Assembly (NCBI GenBank): GCA_003345595.1
Contig: PRDI01000118.1
Coordinates: 1-10,066, forward strand
Origin: Candidatus Thorarchaeota archaeon
GTDB taxonomy: Archaea; Asgardarchaeota; Thorarchaeia; Thorarchaeales; Thorarchaeaceae
DNA: 10,066 nt
Direction of reading: 5' to 3'
Shown here: in pieces, positions 1-6,367 of the stretch
Layout: each line of letters starts with the position of its first letter
Numbering within the stretch: the first letter of the stretch is position 1
Notes under the pieces: model-generated
Told to the model about the DNA's origin: nothing
The model's database searches: none
The model's input: only the letters and a program-made list of their open reading frames with translations
Position numbers and translations under genes: made by a program

Positions 1-1008
1 AAAGAGCTGTCAGATATGCTGTTTGAGCATGTTGGAATGGCCGAGGCCAGTAAGAGGGTCTTTGCTCGACTCTTTGCATCAAGTCCAGCGTACCAAGGAG
101 CAGTAGGAGGTCTTACCACAGGGATTCAAGCAGTCACATCCGAAGCTCAAGTCAAGAGGTTTCTAGGCTTCATTCACAGGATCTTGCCTCCAGCTCTCAG
201 AGGTAAGTACGCGGCACATCGGACTGTCAAAGGGATTGACGTGACTATGCCGAGACTGTGGCGAATAGAGATAGGCAAGACCTCCGAACCAAGGATGAAG
301 TCCATCTGCATAGACCGCTCGGACCCACTCGACTTCAGGGAACTGTCTCTGGGTGCTCTGACAGACGCTGGGACGGCAGCACTCCCAGACGTTCCCTTGG
401 CGATAGCATCCGAGGACTTCTGGGTTGAGAGTTCCGACCCCTCTCAGCTAATGCTTCCCATCACGAAGTCGGCAATAACATATCAGCTTCTCACGCCGAG
501 TGTTTCTCAGCGGTCAGTCGAGTCAAGCACCAAACATGTTCTATCGCGCTTGGAGTTCATCCGGGACAGCTTCGGCCTTGAGGACTCGGCTCTTGCCCGG
601 GGACATGTTCTTGATGCGGACGTCCTTGGTAGACCTCTCAGTGTCGTGAGGATTGCACGATCGACAGCTAGGACAGAGTGGAATGACAGTGTCACCAGTG
701 CTGACTTGAAGCAGTCATGGGATCAGGTGCTGGAGCCCGCTCTGAAGGAGTTTATCGAGCTAGCTGAACTGAAGACCGCTACAGAGACTAGATGGGGTCG
801 AGAAAGCAAGGTTGACAGATTCAACACGAAAGTGCTTCGTGCACTAAAGAAACTTGATCTTGGCACGACAGGTTCTCTTGGGCCCACCCTTGAAGAAATC
901 GCAGGCGAGGCAGGAGTGGAGAAACACATAGCCGCTGAGAGTCTGATGACCATGAAAGATGAAGGGGTCATCTATGAGCCTCGAACAGGTCACTACAGGT
1001 TAGTGTGA
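1..1008 (+). CDS. Divergent MCM-like protein (degenerate AAA+ core, MCM-type lid, C-terminal winged helix); probably 5'-truncated by the window edge
   Basis: The frame is open from base 1 (KELSD precedes M at 16). The C-terminus TLEEIAGEAGVEKHIAAESLMTMKDEGVIYEPRTGHYRLV resembles the archaeal MCM C-terminal winged helix (GxIYEPxxGxY). GRPLSVVRIARSTARTEWNDSVTSADL resembles the MCM sensor-2/lid. WRIEIG...ICID has the same spacing as MCM WxLEAG...CCID. The CDS itself is secure; the family call is by-eye alignment. Confidence 0.65.
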   Translation, partial: KELSDMLFEHVGMAEASKRVFARLFASSPAYQGAVGGLTTGIQAVTSEAQVKRFLGFIHRILPPALRGKYAAHRTVKGIDVTMPRLWRIEIGKTSEPRMKSICIDRSDPLDFRELSLGALTDAGTAALPDVPLAIASEDFWVESSDPSQLMLPITKSAITYQLLTPSVSQRSVESSTKHVLSRLEFIRDSFGLEDSALARGHVLDADVLGRPLSVVRIARSTARTEWNDSVTSADLKQSWDQVLEPALKEFIELAELKTATETRWGRESKVDRFNTKVLRALKKLDLGTTGSLGPTLEEIAGEAGVEKHIAAESLMTMKDEGVIYEPRTGHYRLV

Positions 1009-1047
1009 CCCTGAGTGCCGAGTCGATGACCCACTGAACTGATGGCT

Positions 1048-1644
1048 TCAAGGCAGAACTTTCTTGAAGCTTGCCGGCTCGTCGCCTTCGTCAATGATTT
1101 CTATGTCCTGATGTCCAACTCGCTCCGCATCGTAGCTGCGAGCGATTATTGTTCCATCCAGCTTCTCACGAGCACTGGCCTTGCTACCACGCCAGACGTA
1201 GATGTCGTCCCACGTGTCAAGGATGAACACATCATCAGTGGTGAGTGATGCACGCTTGAGAGGAACCTCGGTGAAGAAGGTCTGGCCCTTGACATTGCTC
1301 ACTCGCCAGAGCTTGTATTCGTGTTTCTGAAGCTGCACCTTCTTCAGGATGCCTTCCGTGTCTTGGTCTGTGACTTGGAACTTCTTGAAGAGCGCCTTGA
1401 ACGCTGGTGGCTCATTGCCACCCTCTATGCGCACCAACTTAGCTTGGCCCTTCCTCTCTGTGTCCCTGAAGACAGACTCGGCGGCAGCCATGAACTGTTC
1501 GTCGACTGAGGACTTCGGGCCAACCCAAGCGTACAAAGTGGCACCAGCATCAATCAGGTAACAGTCACCACGTCCAAACGTGCCTGGTTCCGGCACCTTG
1601 ACGAGCTTACCTTTCTGAACATGGAATACTATCGGTTCGGGCAT
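1048..1644 (-). CDS. Two-domain gelsolin/villin-family actin regulator (Asgard 2DGel type)
   Basis: 198 aa with two gelsolin repeats. Repeat 1: GDCYLID...YAWVGPKSSVDEQFMAA...EGGNEPPAFKALF. Repeat 2: DDVFILD...IYVWRGSKASAREK...DEGDEPASFKKVL. The linker carries LKKV (aa 100-103). Confidence 0.92.
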   Translation of the reverse strand: MPEPIVFHVQKGKLVKVPEPGTFGRGDCYLIDAGATLYAWVGPKSSVDEQFMAAAESVFRDTERKGQAKLVRIEGGNEPPAFKALFKKFQVTDQDTEGILKKVQLQKHEYKLWRVSNVKGQTFFTEVPLKRASLTTDDVFILDTWDDIYVWRGSKASAREKLDGTIIARSYDAERVGHQDIEIIDEGDEPASFKKVLP

Positions 1645-1668
1645 GAGGATACGGGTTGTATGAGGAGA

Positions 1669-1683
1669 CTGTTAAGTTATATC
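1669..1683. promoter_or_regulatory. Candidate TATA element(s) in the divergent gelsolin/Fpg intergenic region
   Basis: AT-rich patch GTTAAGTTATAT (1671-1682; minus strand ATATAACTTAAC) within the 93-bp gap. It lies about 27-38 nt upstream of the gelsolin ATG. Confidence 0.4.
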
Positions 1684-1737
1684 CGTGCGAACCTCCTTTT
1701 GGCTTGGAAGATTCAGACCTATCTGGTGACCGATTCC

Positions 1738-2544
1738 ATGCCCGAAATTCCCGAGTTGGAGGCGATTGCACAAAGGCTGACTGAAGCGTTCTCAGGTAAG
1801 ACCATACGGGGTCTGTCCGTCCACAACCACTTGGTCATCCATGGCACAACTGTGGAACGGTTTGAAGGGCTGCCAACAGGTAAGGTTTTCCAATCCTTCG
1901 ACGCCGACGGCAAGTTCATCATTGCGGGCATGAGTGACTCACTTCAGATAGTGATCAACCCAATGCTCACTGGACGCTTCCGCATCTCGACCCGCCCGAG
2001 AAAACCGCTGAAGTCAGATGTGCTCTCGGTTTCAACTGACGGTCCGACTCTCTGGTACGATGATAGGAAGTTCATGAGTCGCGTGTACTTGGTTTCGGGT
2101 GGCGACTACAAGCAGGTTGCAGGTTTCATAGGTAGAGGACCATCTGCTCTAGATCCCGAGCTGACGTTAGAGAGCTTCAGAACGCACATACGCAGCTTTC
2201 ACGGACAGACAAAGAACGTGATTCAGAACCAGCGTTTCGTGAAGGGCATCGGGAACGCCTATGCTGACGAAATACTCCTCTACGCGGGCATACTCCCATT
2301 TCGTAGACGTGGGTCACTTGATGATGGCGAGATGGCGCGTCTTTACGTTGCCATGAGAAATGTTCTCGGCCGATACCGTGACATGCTCTCGACTCGCAGT
2401 CTTATTGATCTTGGACCAGAGAAGCGCGACTTTCTGATGATTCACGGAAAGGGCGGCGGCATCTGCCCGCTGTGTGGGGGACGAATATCAGAGGTCACAG
2501 CCAACCGTTTCAAGACTAACTACTGCCAGAACTGTCAGAGATGA
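1738..2544 (+). CDS. Fpg/Nei (MutM-like) DNA glycosylase/AP lyase with H2TH and C-terminal zinc finger
   Basis: The real start is the ATG at 1738, giving the catalytic N-terminus MPEIPE, with GGTGA at 1725-1729 upstream. Also present: GKF lysine, H2TH motif GIGNAYADEIL, and Cys4 finger CPLC...CQNC. 268 aa. Confidence 0.95.
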   Translation: MPEIPELEAIAQRLTEAFSGKTIRGLSVHNHLVIHGTTVERFEGLPTGKVFQSFDADGKFIIAGMSDSLQIVINPMLTGRFRISTRPRKPLKSDVLSVSTDGPTLWYDDRKFMSRVYLVSGGDYKQVAGFIGRGPSALDPELTLESFRTHIRSFHGQTKNVIQNQRFVKGIGNAYADEILLYAGILPFRRRGSLDDGEMARLYVAMRNVLGRYRDMLSTRSLIDLGPEKRDFLMIHGKGGGICPLCGGRISEVTANRFKTNYCQNCQR

Positions 2545-2615
2545 GTGTCGGGCGATACGCTAATCTAAGGGCTCGACCTGACACTTGGGCAGAAATTGTG
2601 CAGAGCTGATACCAG

Positions 2616-3797
2616 ATGGACAAGTGGGAAGAGAGCTTCCTCAGGGAGATTGTTGAGCTGGACACCGAAACTGAACCGAAGAAGAACTATGTTGAGTGTG
2701 CCAGGATCATCAAGAGGTATTGTGAAGAGGCAGGTCTCAAGGTCGACGTCTTCGACTCGAAACACGATGGCATATCTCAACCAAATGTCGTCGCAACGCT
2801 AGATGCAGGAGCCAAGCAGACGATACTGCTGTGCACTCACTATGACATAGTCCCAGCTGGCGATGCGGCTTCATGGACTCGGCCACCTTTCAGACTGACG
2901 GTCCAAGGTGACAAGGCCTATGGTCGCGGAGTGACTGACAACAAGGGGAACATTGTGGCCTCAGTGAGTGCTGCTCGGGAGCTCATCAAGAAACGAAGCT
3001 CCAAGGTGAACTGGAAGATACTCATCTCTCCCAACGAGGAGATTGGGGGCGAGTGGGGGATTGACTACCTCGTAAATGGTCCTCCAAAGATCAGGGGTGA
3101 CTTCGCATTGGTGGTCGACTCTGGACCCGCGTACGTGAGCATCGGAGCCAGCGGCATCGTGTCAGGCACCATCACAGTGCATGGTACTCAGGGACATGCA
3201 GGATATCCATTTGCATTCAACAACGCCATCCATCTGTCTCTCCCACTACTCAATGTCATGTTGGATTATGTAGATGTCCGACGTAAGGTTGAGTCGAAGC
3301 TCCCTGCTCCTCCTGGCAGTCCGTACAAGAACCTATGGGGGCGGTTCTCAATCACAGTCTATCATGCTGGCACAAAGACGAATGTCATACCCGGGAAAGC
3401 TGAGATATCATTTGATTGCAGGCTGATTCCGGAGGAGAATCCTGATGACGTTGCCAGAAACCTAGAAGAGTTCTTCGAGAAGGCCAAAGAAGAAACCTCC
3501 GTTGAAGCCACACTGGAAATCAAGACGAAGGCAAGCGGCTGGGGCTCAGACCCCAACAACAGGCTCATGAAGGCATGGCATGCCGCTGTGAAAGAAGTGG
3601 TGGGCCCGAGTATCCCCTTGGCTGCAGATCTTGGAGGGAATGACGGACACTACTTCGTGAAGGTCGGAATACCCACGGCATGCTTTGGCACCATTGCTGA
3701 CGATACCAACTTCCATGGGATTGACGAGTTCATGCGAATTGGCGACTATGAGAAGGTGAAGAAGTCTCTCATCTGCTTCGCTGAGAGGTGGAAGTGA
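2616..3797 (+). CDS. M20 family metallohydrolase (ArgE/DapE-like deacylase)
   Basis: Metal-binding and catalytic motifs HYDIVP, YGRGVTDNKG, NEEIG, GTQGHAGYP, NVIPG and FHGIDE. An in-frame TGA at 2607 fixes the start at 2616. Substrate cannot be determined from sequence. Confidence 0.93.
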   Translation: MDKWEESFLREIVELDTETEPKKNYVECARIIKRYCEEAGLKVDVFDSKHDGISQPNVVATLDAGAKQTILLCTHYDIVPAGDAASWTRPPFRLTVQGDKAYGRGVTDNKGNIVASVSAARELIKKRSSKVNWKILISPNEEIGGEWGIDYLVNGPPKIRGDFALVVDSGPAYVSIGASGIVSGTITVHGTQGHAGYPFAFNNAIHLSLPLLNVMLDYVDVRRKVESKLPAPPGSPYKNLWGRFSITVYHAGTKTNVIPGKAEISFDCRLIPEENPDDVARNLEEFFEKAKEETSVEATLEIKTKASGWGSDPNNRLMKAWHAAVKEVVGPSIPLAADLGGNDGHYFVKVGIPTACFGTIADDTNFHGIDEFMRIGDYEKVKKSLICFAERWK

Positions 3798-4922
3798 ATG
3801 GTCGACCTGAGTCTTCTCAAGATAGGAAGCCCGGGGCCCTTCCTACCTCCTTGGGATAACGCCCTGAAGAATGCCAAGCTCATTGACACCTTGGGCTATG
3901 ACAGCATGGCGTTTCCAGATCACTTCGCCGGTTTTGTGCCTGAGAGCATCTGGACGCCAGACATAACACCACTGGCACTGGTTCAACCATCTCCTCATAC
4001 CTATTATGAGATGAGCACAATAATGGCGGCCTGTGCCGCAGTAACAGAGAGAGTCAAACTCATCTCAAGTGTGACTGAGCCAATTCGCAGAAACCCTGTG
4101 CTTCTTGCACAGACCTTCTTGACGCTTGACCATGTCAGTCACGGCCGCACCGTAATGGGAATCGGGGCTGGCGAGATCGAGAACGTCAAGCCCTATGGAC
4201 TGGATTACTCTGGTCAAGTGACCCGTCTGCGGGAGGCACTCAAGATAATTGGAAAGATATGGACGACTCAGGAGCCGTTTGACTATGATGGCAAATTCTA
4301 CAAGCTAAGAAACGCGGTCATGTCATTGCGACCTGCGGTTGAGGGTCAGCCTCCACAGATGTGGATTGCCGCACACGGCCCGAAGATGCTCTCGGTTGCC
4401 GCCGAGTTTGGTGATGGTTGGCTGCCTACAGTACTTCGTCCCGTAGACTACGGTGCACGGCTCAGAGAGATAATGCGGTACAGGAAGAAGCTCAACAGGA
4501 CTGGCCAGTTCACTGCAGCACTGTGGAACTGGTGTATACTGGATGATGACCCGGCAGAGTGTGATCGCATGATGCACACACCTCTCGCGAAAGCGTTTGC
4601 TCTTCTCTATCCCGGAAGCGAGTGGAAGCGATTGGGGTTTACTCATCCATTCGGAGATGACTTCTACCCGCTTCGTGACTACGTACCAATGGACATCAGT
4701 CGTGAGGCAGCTCTGCACGCGATAGATCAAGTGCCGGACAAAGTGCTGCGTGAGTTCTATATGTCTGGCAATGCCGATGCGATTGTGGGGATGCTTGAGG
4801 AATATGCACGGCAGGGCCTTCAACATATAATAATGTGGAACGGTACTGGAATGTTCGACTTGGAGAAGACACGTAGCTCATACAAGGTGATGAAAGACGT
4901 CCTCGCATTCGTCAAAGGGTAG
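3798..4922 (+). CDS. LLM-class (luciferase-like) flavin/F420-dependent oxidoreductase
   Basis: Motifs GYDSMAFPDH, RRNPVLLAQTFLTLDHVSHGRTVMGIGAGE, FDYDGKFY and WIAAHGPKMLSVAAEFGDGWLP. The ATG directly follows the upstream TGA. Confidence 0.92.
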   Translation: MVDLSLLKIGSPGPFLPPWDNALKNAKLIDTLGYDSMAFPDHFAGFVPESIWTPDITPLALVQPSPHTYYEMSTIMAACAAVTERVKLISSVTEPIRRNPVLLAQTFLTLDHVSHGRTVMGIGAGEIENVKPYGLDYSGQVTRLREALKIIGKIWTTQEPFDYDGKFYKLRNAVMSLRPAVEGQPPQMWIAAHGPKMLSVAAEFGDGWLPTVLRPVDYGARLREIMRYRKKLNRTGQFTAALWNWCILDDDPAECDRMMHTPLAKAFALLYPGSEWKRLGFTHPFGDDFYPLRDYVPMDISREAALHAIDQVPDKVLREFYMSGNADAIVGMLEEYARQGLQHIIMWNGTGMFDLEKTRSSYKVMKDVLAFVKG

Positions 4923-4923
4923 C

Positions 4924-5472
4924 TTGGTAATCATCACTCAGAACCAGCACAAGTTGACAGAAGTCCGACCCTTGTTCGAGAACCATGGCATAAAGCTAGA
5001 AACTTCTCCACTGGAGAAACTCGAGGTCCGGTCTGATGATGTGGTGGTCGTAGCACTAGAAGCTGCAAAGGCGGCGTACAAGGCAATCAAACGGCCCCTC
5101 GTCGTTGATGACACTGGGTTGTACATCAGTGCGCTGAATGACTTCCCGGGAGCATACGCGGCTTTTGTCCAGAAGACTATCGGCAACAAAGGGATACTAC
5201 GATTGTTGGAGAATGTCACCGACAGAAGAGCCAGCTTCATCACTGCAGTCGCCTATTCTGATGGAAGACATCTTGAGGCATTCGTGGGTGAGATGCCGGG
5301 GCACATAGCGCTTATCGCCGTAGGAGAGGAGGGCTTCGGATATGACCCAATCTTTGTGTGCGAGGGCGAAACAAGGACGTATGCCGAGATGAGCTTCTCG
5401 GAGAAGGTGGCTGTTTCCCACAGAACACGTGCGTTCAGTTCATTCTTAGAGTGGTATGATGGACTCCGTTAG
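4924..5472 (+). CDS. rdgB: RdgB/HAM1 family non-canonical purine NTP (XTP/dITP) pyrophosphatase
   Basis: Motifs TQNQHKLTE, VVDDTGL, FPGAY, GFGYDPIF and KxxxSHR. TTG start 1 nt after the upstream TAG; there is no in-frame ATG back to the TGA at 4891. Confidence 0.95.
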   Translation: MVIITQNQHKLTEVRPLFENHGIKLETSPLEKLEVRSDDVVVVALEAAKAAYKAIKRPLVVDDTGLYISALNDFPGAYAAFVQKTIGNKGILRLLENVTDRRASFITAVAYSDGRHLEAFVGEMPGHIALIAVGEEGFGYDPIFVCEGETRTYAEMSFSEKVAVSHRTRAFSSFLEWYDGLR

Positions 5473-5517
5473 CAACGCTTAAGACAGTGCACAGACCCGT
5501 TTCCGATGGTGTCCTAG

Positions 5518-6282
5518 ATGTCTGTCAGCGAAACCACACTGAGGGCTTTGAAGGATCTTGGCCTCACCGACTACGAAACGAGCTCGTATCTTGTGCTTGT
5601 AGAGGGAGGCCAGATGTCGGCTTCGGAGGTGAGCACTAAGTCTAGGGTACCTTACTCGAGGATATATGATGTCCTTGGCAGGCTGGAGGAGAAGGGCTTC
5701 ATCCAAGTCATGCGAGGCCGCCCCACTCTTTACACTGCGAAAGCACCCACGGAGGTCGTGCGCCTCGTACGACTGGCTTGGGAAGACAAGATTGAGAGGT
5801 CCAGCAAGACTGTGGTCGACGAGCTTCAGCCCAGGTTCGAACGAGAGAGTCACGCCAGCCCGAAGGACGTCTGGGTGATGCACGGAAGAGCAGCAGTGTT
5901 GGCCAAGGCAATCGAGATGGTGAACTCAGCGAGGGATGAGATCAAGCTGTCCATTCCCAGTTTCGACCTAGAGGAGAATGACGCCGTATCAGTAGCCGGG
6001 CGTGTGTTGCAGACAAAGGCAGAACGAGTGTACGTTCTCACATCTCACGTTACCGGCTCCGCCCGGAAACTCATCCCCAAGAACTTCGAGGTTCGAACCC
6101 GCGACAGAGTGTTTGGGGCAGGTCTCGTTGTGGACGGCAGACAGACGCTGATTATGCTTGCCGGACCCGAGGAGGAGAGAGAGTTCTTGGGCGTCTACTC
6201 CAGCCATGCTGTGTTCGCAGCGATGGCTGGCGCGTATTTCGATTCGCTTTACTCCGACTCGCAGTCCATACGAAGAGTGTAG
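5518..6282 (+). CDS. TrmB family transcriptional regulator
   Basis: N-terminal TrmB wHTH (LKDLGLTDYE...SRVPYSRIYDVLGRLEEKGFI...GRPTLY), a helical linker, then a short effector-type domain (VWVMHGR...SARDEI...VVDGRQTLI). Confidence 0.92.
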   Translation: MSVSETTLRALKDLGLTDYETSSYLVLVEGGQMSASEVSTKSRVPYSRIYDVLGRLEEKGFIQVMRGRPTLYTAKAPTEVVRLVRLAWEDKIERSSKTVVDELQPRFERESHASPKDVWVMHGRAAVLAKAIEMVNSARDEIKLSIPSFDLEENDAVSVAGRVLQTKAERVYVLTSHVTGSARKLIPKNFEVRTRDRVFGAGLVVDGRQTLIMLAGPEEEREFLGVYSSHAVFAAMAGAYFDSLYSDSQSIRRV

Positions 6283-6296
6283 GATTCTCATCGCTG

Positions 6297-6303
6297 TTTA
6301 TAT
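6297..6303 (+). promoter_or_regulatory. Candidate archaeal TATA box (TTTATAT) for the 6368 gene
   Basis: Matches the TTTAWA consensus in the 85-bp intergenic gap. GAGGA at 6359-6363 precedes ATGs at 6368 and 6374. Confidence 0.5.
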
Positions 6304-6367
6304 CATAAGTTTCTGTCAGAACTGGTGGAACTGAATCCTCACGTAAGGGATCATCCACGAGGACACG

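Noticed and set aside
274-285. GKTS in the first ORF as a Walker A motif
   Set aside because: It lacks the upstream Gly of GxxxxGK[ST] (the context is LWRIEIGKTS) and aligns better with the MCM LEAGAL segment before Walker B.
1621-1737. 39-aa N-terminal extension of the Fpg/Nei ORF as given in the ORF track
   Set aside because: Fpg/Nei catalysis needs Pro2 at the N-terminus (MPE at 1738). The extension overlaps the gelsolin start and the promoter region, and a GGTGA site precedes 1738.
1636-1746. Both divergent genes begin with MPE
   Set aside because: A three-residue coincidence. In the glycosylase it is the catalytic motif, and no extended inverted repeat links the two starts.
3795-3797. 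In-frame TGA as a selenocysteine codon
   Set aside because: It falls at the natural C-terminus of the M20 domain, not at a catalytic Cys position, and I saw no SECIS-like element.
4323-4826. 167-aa antisense ORF, plus the other 60-135 aa alternative-frame or antisense ORFs in the track
   Set aside because: They lie wholly or mostly within well-supported genes and show no recognisable motifs. They are consistent with shadow ORFs in moderately GC-rich DNA.
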